Assembly (NCBI GenBank): GCA_963785755.1
Contig: CAWAXG010000002.1
Span: forward strand, 817,128-881,127
Length of the DNA stretch: 64,000 bases
From: an uncultured Acidobacteriota bacterium
Lineage (GTDB): Bacteria; Acidobacteriota; Vicinamibacteria; Vicinamibacterales; 2-12-FULL-66-21
Direction of reading: 5' to 3'
The notes below the pieces were generated by a model that was not told where the DNA came from, ran no database searches, and worked only from the letters and a program-made list of their open reading frames with translations. The position numbers and the translations under genes were made by a program. Shown here piece after piece: positions 18,859-27,680 of the stretch. How positions within the stretch are numbered: the first letter of the stretch is position 1; each line of letters opens with the position of its first letter.

Positions 18859-19117
18859 CCGGATCCAGCAGCTGCCGGACGGCCGCGATGCGGTCGAGCG
18901 GGAAGCCGCCGAGTCTCGCATGCTCGCGGATCAGCGACTCGTCCGGCGCGTAGTAGATGCAGTAGATCTTGTCGTCGGTGACGAAGCTGTGGATCCAATG
19001 GATGTCGGGGCCCAGCTGGCGCAGCACCTCGAGCGATCGCAGCGAATCCTCGCGGAGCTGCTCCGACGTGAGCTTCGTGCCGGGTGGCAGGTTCCGCTCG
19101 ATGACGAACTTCGGCAT
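18845..19117 (-). CDS. DUF4242-like small protein
   Basis: 90 aa MPKFVIERNLPPG...DDKIYCIYYAPDESLIREHARLGGFP, a pattern I recognise as DUF4242. Its 3' end overlaps the convergent 16144..18858 by 14 nt. Confidence 0.75.
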   Translation of the reverse strand: MPKFVIERNLPPGTKLTSEQLREDSLRSLEVLRQLGPDIHWIHSFVTDDKIYCIYYAPDESLIREHARLGGFPLDRIAAVRQLLDPVNFA

Positions 19118-19606
19118 GCCTTACCTCCCGGACCGCCACCGGTCCTTCCTCCGAGCGCCTTTGAAAGGCCCATTCTACACCCCAGTCATCCCCTTCCACC
19201 GCGTCGATGTGCAGACCCGCGGGCCCGGTTCGACCCGCCGAGCGCGTGTCTCTCAGCTCGGACGGTCGCCATTTCTTGATGCTCAAAGGCAGCGAACAAC
19301 TCGCTGCTGCCACAATACGTTGTGCTCAACTTGCATGAAGAGCTGAAACGTCTTGTCCCGACGCGCTGACGGCCCGTGGCGCCGGCGGTTGGCCGACTAG
19401 AACGTCGGCCAAGGTATCGAGCAAGAGGTACGATGGCGATATTGCTTCACGTGGCGACTTATCGAAACCGACCGACATGGCAATGGTCGTTCTGGAGCTG
19501 CTCGTCAGCCACGGCGATTAGGATGGTCTTGGGCTAAGATGTGGCCTTTTTTCGAGACCACCAGACCACCATTGGTGGACGAACGCCGACACTCACGGAG
19601 GCGACC

Positions 19607-20992
19607 ATGACCGAACAGGCGATTGCAGCGTTTCAGCAAAATCTTCGCGGACGAGTGATTCAACCGACTGATGCCGACTACGACGCTGTGCGCGCCCTGT
19701 ACAACGGCATGATCGACAAGCGGCCGCGCTTGATCGCACGCTGCATCGACACGGCCGATGTCATCGCCGCTGTTAACTTCGCGCGGGACCAAAACGTGCT
19801 CGTGGCCATTCGTGGCGGCGGCCACAACGGACCGGGCTTGGGCAGCTGTAACGACGGGCTCGTGATCGATCTGTCGATGATGAAGAGCGTTCGAGTGGAT
19901 CCGGCCACGAAGACCGTCCGTGTTGACCCTGGCTGCACGTCGGGAGATCTCGATCACGCGACTCATGCGTTCGGTCTCGCCGTCCCTCTCGGCATCGTGT
20001 CGTCAACAGGCGTTGCGGGATTCACGCTCGGCGGCGGGACGGGCTATCTCACGCGCAAGCACGGTCTGACGGTCGACAATCTCCTGGAAGCGGATGTCGT
20101 CCTCGCCAATGGCAGTGTCGCGACCGCCAGCGAGCGCGCACACCCGGATTTGTTCTGGGCTATTCGGGGCGGTGGTGGCAACTTCGGCGTGGTGACCAGC
20201 TTCCTCTTTCGGGCCCATCCCGTGAAGACAGTCTACGCGGGTCCCATCTTCTGGGATGCGGTTCACGCCAGGCAGGTAATGCGTGCCTATCGCGACTTCC
20301 TGCCAACCGCACCGGAAGACCTTGGCATCTTCGTCGGTTTGAAGACCGTTCCCTCGATCGAGCCGTTCCCCAAGGAAGGATGGGGAAAGCGCGCGTGCGC
20401 GATCATCGGCAGCTACAACGGACTGGCCGAGGCCGGGCAGCGCGTGCTGGCGCCGCTGCTCGACACATTGCCCCCTCCGATCTTCAACTGGATGGGAGAA
20501 ATGCCGTTCCCTGCGATCAACGCACTGTTCGATCCCTTCTTTCCCAAGGGGCTGCAGTGGTACTGGAAAGGCGATTTCGTGAAATCCCTCTCAGACGAGG
20601 CGATTGACATGCACATCGCCGAAGCGGCCAAAGCGCCGACTGAATTGTGCCTGATGCACCTCTATCCCATCGATGGCGCCGTCAGACGTGTGGCGCGCGA
20701 CGCCACTCCGTGGGGTGCGCGCGACGCATCGTTCTCGATGGTCATTGCCGGCATCTCTCCTGAACCCCGAGACGCCGAAGCACTGAAATCGTGGGGGCGC
20801 GCCTATTGGAAGGCCGTGCATCCCTATAACATGGGCGGCGGCTACGTGAATTTCATGTTCGACGACGAGGCCGATGGCCGCGTGCAGGCCGCGTACGGAG
20901 ACAATTACGGGCGGTTGGCGGTGGCGAAGATGAAGTACGACCCGAACAACCTGTTCAGGGTCAATCAGAATATCCCGCCGGCCTCTGCGTGA
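19607..20992 (+). CDS. FAD-binding oxidoreductase (FAD_binding_4/PCMH with BBE-like C-terminus)
   Basis: ORF 19541..20992. ATG 19607 is preceded by GGAGG. Motif VAIRGGGHN and C-terminal ...YVNFMFDDE...NLFRVNQNI. G+C is lower than the window average. Confidence 0.85.
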   Translation: MTEQAIAAFQQNLRGRVIQPTDADYDAVRALYNGMIDKRPRLIARCIDTADVIAAVNFARDQNVLVAIRGGGHNGPGLGSCNDGLVIDLSMMKSVRVDPATKTVRVDPGCTSGDLDHATHAFGLAVPLGIVSSTGVAGFTLGGGTGYLTRKHGLTVDNLLEADVVLANGSVATASERAHPDLFWAIRGGGGNFGVVTSFLFRAHPVKTVYAGPIFWDAVHARQVMRAYRDFLPTAPEDLGIFVGLKTVPSIEPFPKEGWGKRACAIIGSYNGLAEAGQRVLAPLLDTLPPPIFNWMGEMPFPAINALFDPFFPKGLQWYWKGDFVKSLSDEAIDMHIAEAAKAPTELCLMHLYPIDGAVRRVARDATPWGARDASFSMVIAGISPEPRDAEALKSWGRAYWKAVHPYNMGGGYVNFMFDDEADGRVQAAYGDNYGRLAVAKMKYDPNNLFRVNQNIPPASA

Positions 20993-21265
20993 ACCACCGC
21001 CGTCGGCTGCGGCGTTGATGGGAATCGCAGCTGTGTCCTGGGGGATTTACACGTTGCGCGGACGAGGCATGCCAAACCCTCTTGCCCAAACGACGAACAA
21101 TTTTGTGCGTGCTTAGCCTCCGGTGGACGGTCACCCGGGTAGCTCACGACAAACGCGATCTGGTGACCGACTCGACCCCATCGTCGGTCGCCACAAGGTC
21201 CGACGGATCTCCTGCGGTTTTCAGCCTTGCAACATCCGACCGCCACTCCAGCCGGCACAGCGAGC

Positions 21266-23204
21266 TCATCGGACCCGGAAACGGAGCGCCCGCTCTGCGG
21301 TCTTGCCGTCGGCTGCGATTTCCACGCTGAAGAGGTACTCCCCCGCCGCGAGATTGCGCGGCAGATCGAATCGATGATCGAACGCGCGGCCCTTCGCGAA
21401 GAGCGACGGGATCGAGCTCCCGCGTGCTCTTCGTGATCTGCTCGTTCCTGGCGTCCACGATGCGGGTGGTCAGCGTGGTCGGAACGAGCGCGTGCGATCC
21501 ACCCTGATAGACGCGGACGAACGCTGACACGCGGTCGCTCGCGCCGAACTCGCGACGCGCTGTGGGAACGACCGGCAGGAGATCCGCGTACGCGTCGGGC
21601 GGCGCTGCCGCAAATGCAGGCGTGGCTTCGAGGACGATCCCTGAGAGCGATACTCCGCTGCGCGAAAAGTCCGGGACGTCCACGAACGTATAGACGCTGC
21701 CGCTGCGCGCGTCTTCGGTTCGGACCGCGACGCGGATTTCGTACTTGCCCGGCGATACCGTCAGGCGCGGGAGGATCTCGTAGCTGACCGATCCGCGATT
21801 GCCAGCGTTGAGCCCGAGCTTGACGGAGAGCTTCCGCGTGCCCCACACCCGGCCCTCGGCGTCGAACGCGCTGGCGAGGACGTCGACCTTTGTCGTCGGC
21901 TTCGTGCCGGCCGCGGGTTCTTCGGGTGCCGCGTTTCGCGGCTGCCTGACCGTCAGCGCAATCGCCACCATGGATCTTCGATTCGCCTCCGAGAACGCGG
22001 CGGCGCTGATCTGCAGGGGGAGATCGGCCTTGGGAAGATGTCCGCCAATCGCGGCCTCGAGCGAGCCGGACGCCGGCTGCGCCGCGGCCGCCGCGTTCAT
22101 CTCCTTGCGTGTCGGCGCGAAGTACCCGACGCGCGAGCGCACCTCGAGGTCCCGGCCGGGCACCTTGACCGCGATTTATGGAAGGCGCCGTCGGCCGAGC
22201 GGCTGGCCGACTCGAATCCGAGCAGGTAGGTACGAGCTGCTCTCGAGCAGCAGCGCGGGCACCTGGCGTTCCGGGTCGTTGTCGTGGGTGACGGCCCGGC
22301 CGCCCGTGTTCTCGGCGATCGTCCGGAGGAACTCCGGGTAGGAACGGCCGCCACCGAGACCATTGGGATCGATTGCCGAGATCGTGACGTTCGCGAGCGC
22401 CGCCTGCCGGAACACGTCGAGCATCGCGTCGTGCTTCCGCTGCTCGCAGCCGTCGTGAAACGTCGACATTGGGGACGGCAGCTGCTGGAACTCCGGCAGG
22501 GTGATGTCCACGCTGACGCCCGGGCTGATGTAGAGGATCGTTTTGCGCTGTTGCGGCAGGCTCCTGAGGCTCTGCGCGACACGCTGTAGGCCCTCGACCG
22601 AGCACAGGCCGCAGATACAACTCGCCCGCCAGTTCTGTTTCTGATCCCTCGGGTCCGGGTTGTCGGTGCCCGGAAACAACGGCGTGTTATCGATAGCCGC
22701 CAGAAGGCGCGCGCGATCGTTCGTGAAGTTCTGCGCGGTCCGCCCATGCTCGGTGAGGACCAGCGCGGCGACGTCGTCTGGTCCGAGCTCCTTCACGGCG
22801 GCGCGCGCCGCAGCCCTCGCCTTCTGCACGCCCCACAACCCCCCATTCGTGCTGAGCGCCCCATCGTCAATCGCGATCACGACGAGGCGGCCCGGCGGAT
22901 GGGTGTTCGTCGTCACGTCGGGGGCGATGTCCGTTACCCAGCCCGCGGTGGGCGCGGCGGGAGGCGGCACGTGAACCTCGGTGAACGACACGATCGGGCG
23001 CGGCCGGCCGTCCTCCATCAGGGTGAAGTCCGCGGCCGTCAGCCCCGACACCGGACGCCGATCGCGGTCGAGCACGGAGACGTCCACCTGAATCAGATCG
23101 ACGCGCGCGCGCAATGGCGCCTGAGGTGCCTGCGGGTTCTGCGCGCGCACGACGACGCTGAGACCGAGGAGAAATCCGAGAGCCTGAAAAATGGCGCGAC
23201 TCAC
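21266..23204 (-). pseudogene. VWA-domain protein (acidobacterial TIGR03436-like), reading frame interrupted three times
   Basis: 22176..23204 (signal, VDVSVLDRDRRPVSGLTAADF, VWA core) joins a short piece in the 22097..22747 frame (YLLGFESASRSADGAFHK) and then 21144..22163. The canonical end ...DLPRNLAAGEYLFSVEIAADGKTAERALRFRVR* appears only after a frame change near ~21410; the others are at ~22215 and ~22165. Confidence 0.75.
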
Positions 23205-23230
23205 CCGGCGAGTCTAATCGATCACCCGTA

Positions 23231-23252
23231 GCGCGGCGCTTCAGCGCCGCGT
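23231..23252 (-). terminator. GC-rich hairpin downstream of the lyase gene
   Basis: CGCGGCGC-TTCA-GCGCCGCG between stop 23260 (-) and the start of the next minus gene at 23204. No U-tract. Confidence 0.4.
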
Positions 23253-23259
23253 TAGCGGT

Positions 23260-24205
23260 TCAGGGGGCGAGACGGCTTCCATTGCTTCGGCGACCCCACT
23301 CCCCAAACCCAAGCTCGGTGAGCCGCGCGAACACGGCCTCGAACTGCTCGGGCGTCGGGTTGGTCAGGGGCGGACGGGCGGGACCGACGGGGACGCCGAG
23401 ACGCTCCAGCAATGCCTTGGCCGTGCCGATGAAGCCAGGGCCATCGAGCGCCTCGACCATGGCGATCGACAACGACTGCAGGCGGCGCGCTTCGGCCAGG
23501 TCGCCGCGACTCACGGCATTCTTCAGGTTCACGTACAGCTTCGGCGCGAAGTTGTAGGTCGAGCCGACGCCCGCTCGGGCGCCGGTCGCGATTCCGGCCA
23601 GCAGCGCCTCATCGATGCCCCACGGGAGATCGAACCGCTCGCCCGCGACGTCGAGACTGCGACGGTACGAGATCGAGATCGAGGTTGGTGAACTTCGCGC
23701 CGGCGAGATTGGGAATGCGGGGGGCGGCGCCGGCGAGAAACTCCTCGATCGGCAGCGACACGCCCGTCAGCATCGGAATGTCGTAGTAGTAGAACGGCAG
23801 CCCTGGCGCGGCGGCCGCAATCGCGGCACACCACTCGATCAGCGCCTCGAGGTTGCCGGGCTTGAAGTACGAGGGCGCCAGCGCGCTGATGGCCGCGAGC
23901 TGGAGCTGGCTGGCGCGGCGGGCGAGCGTCTTGGCGTCCTCGATCGAGTTCCCGCCGACGTGCGCAATCACCGCGATGCCGCGTGCCTGTCCTGCCTGCG
24001 CCCACGCGTCGTAGAACGCGAGCTTCTCGTCACAGGTCAGCGAATGGCATTCGCCCGTCGTGCCGGTGATGAAAACCGTCTTGATCCCCTGCGCGGCGAG
24101 AAAGGACGCCTGAGCGGGAACGACTTCCGGCGCGATCGATCCGTCGGCATGGAGCGGCGAGAACGTGGCGGCAATGAATTCCTCGAGCGGGCGGGTCAGT
24201 TTCAT
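23260..24205 (-). CDS. DHDPS / N-acetylneuraminate-lyase family protein (one frame change)
   Basis: 23609..24205 (MKLTRPLEEF...ITGTTGECHSLT...) continues in the 23260..23532 frame (...YRRSLDVAGERFDLPWGIDEALLAGIATGARAGVGSTYNFAPKLYVNLKNAVS...). The switch lies inside a GATCTC-GATCTC duplication near ~23672. Confidence 0.75.
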
Positions 24206-24233
24206 CGATCGGTCATTACCTGAAAGACAACGG

Positions 24234-25505
24234 TCAGGCCGTCGGGCTCGGCGCGGCGGCTGGCTCCGTGACGCGCGGCCGAATCATGAGCACGAGAAAG
24301 ATCGACACGATCGCCACGCTTGCGAAGATGCCGAAGATGCCGAACAGCGGCACGTGTCGATCGCGCAGTATCCCGAACCCCCAGTCGGCAAAGCCGCCAC
24401 AGCTGATGCTGACGAGGTTCATGATGCCGTAGCCCGTCGCACGCAGCTCGGGGCGCGCGATCTGACAGAGGATCGGCATGTTGTTCGAGTCGAAGAATCC
24501 CCATCCCAGCCCGAACAGGACCAGGAACGCGACCGCGACCCAGAGCAGGCCGGTCGTCGGCGCGTACCCGACGCCGAACATCGCCGGCACGATCAGCGAC
24601 ATGCCCAGGGCGCTGACGTAGATCCGGCCGCGCGGCGTCTTCTGCATCCAGCGGTCGGCCAGATATCCGCCCACGACCGCGCCGACGATCGCCGCGGTCT
24701 GCCAGTACACCGTGGCCGAGACCCCGGCCAGCCCCTGCCCGATGCCGAACTCCGCTTTGAGAATCGCCGGCATCCAGTCGCGGACGACCCAGCCGGCCAG
24801 GGCCGGCAGCGTGAAATAGAGCACGAGCAGAATGAATGATCCGTTGCTCAGAAGCTCGCGGACGGCCGCCGCCGGCGACGGCCGCGGCGCCGCGTGCCCG
24901 GACGGCCGCGATGGATTCCTCAGCAGCAGGAAAATCGGGACCGCATAGACGATGCCGACGATGCCGCAGGCTTCGAAGGCCCATCGCCATCCGAGCGACG
25001 GATCGTCGGCCGCGTACCCGCCGAAGCCGCCGATGATCACACCGAGATAGATCCCCATCTGATGGAGACCCACGGCCCGCGAGCGGGTGGGGCCGGTGTG
25101 AAAGTCCGCGATCAGCGCCAGCGCCGCGGGAATATAGAACGCCTCGCTGATCCCCATCAGCGCGCGGGTGACCAGCAGCTGCTCGTAGGAATGGACCTGT
25201 CCGGTCGCCCAGGTCACCGCCGACCACACGAGCAGGCTGCCCGCGATCACGTGACGGCGGCTGTAGCGATCCGCGATGTAGCCGCCGACCGGACTGAGAA
25301 TCGCGTACACCCACTTGAAGAGCGCGAGGATCGTTCCCCAGTTCGCCTCGAGGCCGATGTCCGGGATGTCCCGCATCACGGAGAACTTCATCGCCGCGAG
25401 CATCTGGCGATCGAGATAGTTGAGGAGCGCGACCGGCAAGAGCAGGCCGACGACGAGCCAGGCGTAGCGGGAGGAGGACGAAAGCGAAGACAAGGGGCGC
25501 ACCAT
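24234..25505 (-). CDS. MFS transporter (anion:cation symporter-like)
   Basis: 423 aa with about 12 hydrophobic segments and YLDRQMLAAMK / ADRYSRRHV-type MFS motifs. It lies directly upstream of the lyase gene on the same strand. Confidence 0.85.
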   Translation of the reverse strand: MVRPLSSLSSSSRYAWLVVGLLLPVALLNYLDRQMLAAMKFSVMRDIPDIGLEANWGTILALFKWVYAILSPVGGYIADRYSRRHVIAGSLLVWSAVTWATGQVHSYEQLLVTRALMGISEAFYIPAALALIADFHTGPTRSRAVGLHQMGIYLGVIIGGFGGYAADDPSLGWRWAFEACGIVGIVYAVPIFLLLRNPSRPSGHAAPRPSPAAAVRELLSNGSFILLVLYFTLPALAGWVVRDWMPAILKAEFGIGQGLAGVSATVYWQTAAIVGAVVGGYLADRWMQKTPRGRIYVSALGMSLIVPAMFGVGYAPTTGLLWVAVAFLVLFGLGWGFFDSNNMPILCQIARPELRATGYGIMNLVSISCGGFADWGFGILRDRHVPLFGIFGIFASVAIVSIFLVLMIRPRVTEPAAAPSPTA

Positions 25506-25635
25506 TGCTCAACGCGGGCGACGACTTACGGATCCGTCGCGCCACCGAGCCGTCGTGCCGGCCTGATGCATAAAGCGCAAGTCGTGGCTTCTGTGAAACG
25601 AGGTGATCATTTCAAAAAAACATTGACCTCTCCTC

Positions 25636-25822
25636 ACCCCGTGGAATGAAAATTCCGAGCATCCCTCGAACCCGGCCGACGACGGCGCTGCCGCGCTCAC
25701 GATGACGGCACGACGGCACGACGGTTTCAGACAATGCTTCGTGCCTTCGTGACGTCGTGTCTTCGTGCGGGCGCGAAGCGCAACTCGTGTTTTCTGAGCA
25801 GTTGGAGGTTGGAAGTTGACCT
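25636..25822 (-). repeat. Type I intergenic mosaic element, copy 3
   Basis: GTGGAATGAAAATTCCGAGCATCCCTCGAACCCGGCCGACGACGGCGCTGCCGCGCT, CACGATGACGGCACGACGGCACGACGG, loop, CTTCGTGCCTTCGTGACGTCGTGTCTTCGTGCGGGCGCGAAGCGCAACTCGTGTTTTCTGAGCAGTTGGAGGTTGGAAGTTGACC. It aligns along its whole length with 50106-50295. Confidence 0.85.
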
Positions 25823-25824
25823 GG

Positions 25825-26448
25825 TTAATGTCTCTTCTTTCGTTGAACGATCAGTAACCCGGCGAGACCGGCCGCAATGAGCGATGACCACATCTTCACC
25901 GGCCATCCCGGCTCGACGGTGTACTCGATTGTGAAGTCGCGCTGGCGCGGATCGCGGCTCTGGCTCACGATGCGCACATCGGCGGTATCGGGAACGAGCG
26001 CGTTTGCGAGGTACACGCTTTTCTCCGGCTGATGATCGTTCTGGAGGTGCAGGTTCCGCCGGCCGGCGACCGATCCATCGATGGAGGCCGTCGCCTGCAG
26101 CCGGATCGCGCCCATTCCATCGCGCATCTCGCCGATGGTCGGGACCTCCACACGCGTCAGCGTCAGGGAAACCGGGCGACCATCGAGCTCCATGGCAAGG
26201 TCGGTCAAGACCGACTGGCCGTATGACTGCGCCTCGATCGGCGAGATGGCGGCATCGCCGTCGCGATCGAGGCTCGCGATCACCTCGGATGCGATGTTCG
26301 CGCCTGGTGTGAGATCGACTTCCAGCGCGATGCGATCGCGGGCGACGGACACGCGTGAGGCCTGCAGGTACTCGTCGAGCCGGTGGGCCCCTGGCGTCGC
26401 GGGCATCGCCGCGAGCGCGAGTACCGCCGCACAGGCAGCACGTCTCAC
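25825..26448 (-). CDS. membrane-anchored secreted protein with EF-hand-like loop
   Basis: In-frame GTG 26448 overlaps the TGA of ORF 26445..27587 (GTGA). Signal-like (M)RRAACAAVLALAAMPATPGA, DRDGDAAISPIE (DxDxDG-type loop), C-terminal TM WSSLIAAGLAGLLIV + QRKKRH. Confidence 0.5.
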   Translation of the reverse strand: MRRAACAAVLALAAMPATPGAHRLDEYLQASRVSVARDRIALEVDLTPGANIASEVIASLDRDGDAAISPIEAQSYGQSVLTDLAMELDGRPVSLTLTRVEVPTIGEMRDGMGAIRLQATASIDGSVAGRRNLHLQNDHQPEKSVYLANALVPDTADVRIVSQSRDPRQRDFTIEYTVEPGWPVKMWSSLIAAGLAGLLIVQRKKRH

Positions 26449-27509
26449 CTGGCAGCCGCCTTCGCCGCGTAATCGTTCGTCGGATCGCGGTAGATCGTGT
26501 GGATGTGATCGGTATTGTTCGGCGCCTGCCCTTGCGGGGCGTATTCGATCAGCAGGGTCGGGCCCTGGATTCGGAAGTAGGCGCCGCTGCCATTGGTGGT
26601 CGAGCCCGCCCACGCGAAGTAGGTTTCGTCGAGTCCGGCCTGCACTTCCTTCATCTTCGCGGCGGCGGCCTCGTCGCCGATGATGTCGACCCACTCGCGG
26701 ACCAGGTCCCCGAGCATGGTCCGCTGGGCGGGCGTGAACGTCGAGACGCGGGCGCCCTCGGGCGCGATCGTCTTGCCGTCGACGCCCGGACCCAGAACGA
26801 GGTTCCGGACCTCGACGCTCAGAATCGCCTGCTTCTGTTGCTCGGCGTTCAGGGCGTTGATCAGGGCGAAGGCCTTGTCGTTCTCATCACCGAGCGGGCG
26901 CACGGTCCGGCCGTCCAGGGTGAAGGTTGCGGGCTGCGTCCCCGTGTGCGTCGGCGCCAGGATGTTCTGCCGTCCCGCGAACGTGACATTGATTGCCAGA
27001 TGATGGCCGCCGAACTGCATCATCCACTTGCTCGTCGGCGAGGGCTTCCCGAGGATCGCGACGTAGTACTCGCCGCGTCCGAAGCGGACGGGGGAGCCGG
27101 GCTTCCGGGTCGCCGCGCTCCGTGTCTCGAGGTCCTGATCGGCATCGACGACCGCCATCGCCTTCTGGTACCCGTCCTTGCTCAACGTGACCGCAAGCAG
27201 CGCGAGCGCCGCTTTCTCCTGCGGCGGCGTCATGTCGGCAATCTTGAGGCCGTTCCGCTCCATCGCGCCGACCTGCAGCTTGCTCCCGCTGGGCAGGTTC
27301 GACCAGATCGTCCGGGTCGTGTCATTGAGATCGCCGTTCGCCTTCAGACGCTGTTTCTCATCGAGCGTGGCGAGAAACGCTTCCGCGGCAGCAACCGCGC
27401 GAGTGGTGGCGTCGGCCGCCGGGGCCGGACGCTGCCGCGAGGTCACACCAATCGTCCCGAAGACAAGAACGGCCGCGAGCGCGAGGCCCAGGCGCCAGGA
27501 GGAAGACAT
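26445..27509 (-). CDS. DUF3500-like secreted protein
   Basis: ORF 26445..27587. ATG 27509 gives MSSSWRLGLALAAVLVF. Motifs FGGHHLAINVTF and GPTLLIEYAPQG...DHIHTIYRDPTNDY, which I recognise as DUF3500. Confidence 0.75.
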   Translation of the reverse strand: MSSSWRLGLALAAVLVFGTIGVTSRQRPAPAADATTRAVAAAEAFLATLDEKQRLKANGDLNDTTRTIWSNLPSGSKLQVGAMERNGLKIADMTPPQEKAALALLAVTLSKDGYQKAMAVVDADQDLETRSAATRKPGSPVRFGRGEYYVAILGKPSPTSKWMMQFGGHHLAINVTFAGRQNILAPTHTGTQPATFTLDGRTVRPLGDENDKAFALINALNAEQQKQAILSVEVRNLVLGPGVDGKTIAPEGARVSTFTPAQRTMLGDLVREWVDIIGDEAAAAKMKEVQAGLDETYFAWAGSTTNGSGAYFRIQGPTLLIEYAPQGQAPNNTDHIHTIYRDPTNDYAAKAAAR

Positions 27510-27588
27510 GCGGACTCCTCTCGAAAACAACTGAGCAGTGAGTATCAGATCTGGCGGCGGGACGCCAGCCGAAACGGGGACAGGCAAG

Positions 27589-27614
27589 GGGGACAGGCAC
27601 GGATGCCTGTCCCC
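27589..27614 (-). terminator. perfect 11-bp hairpin downstream of the GntR gene
   Basis: GGGGACAGGCA-CGGA-TGCCTGTCCCC. The left arm is also present as a direct repeat just upstream (27576-27586). No U-tract. Confidence 0.45.
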
Positions 27615-27670
27615 GGGACTCGGGACTCGGGACTAGGGACTGGAAACTGGGAACCGGGGACTGGTATCGG
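27615..27670 (+). repeat. tandem heptamer array GGGACTC-type x8 (G-rich on + strand)
   Basis: gggactc gggactc gggacta gggactg gaaactg ggaaccg gggactg gtatcgg. The first four units form a canonical G3N4G3N4G3N4G3 motif. Confidence 0.9.
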
Positions 27671-27680
27671 CAGGACAGGC

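Noticed and set aside
16144-19117. STAND NTPase + small neighbour as an Avs-like anti-phage system or toxin-antitoxin pair.
   Set aside because: No effector domain (nuclease, protease, TIR, SIR2, pore) is recognisable. The N-terminus looks DNA-binding. The small gene is convergent rather than co-transcribed, and it matches a family (DUF4242) that I do not associate with defence.
25590-25625. Mini-ORF ATG TTT TTT TGA preceded by GGAGAGG on the minus strand upstream of the MFS gene (possible leader peptide).
   Set aside because: It has only three sense codons and no associated attenuator logic that I can see, and a similar T7 run at ~53500 is just a gene end. It is most likely a chance occurrence.
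25636-25822. Type I-IV elements as MITEs or IS remnants.
   Set aside because: No transposase or integrase is present anywhere in the window, and I saw no terminal inverted repeats distinct from the internal stems or flanking target-site duplications. The strict orientation relative to genes fits REP/BIME-like elements better. Mobility cannot be excluded without genome-wide data.
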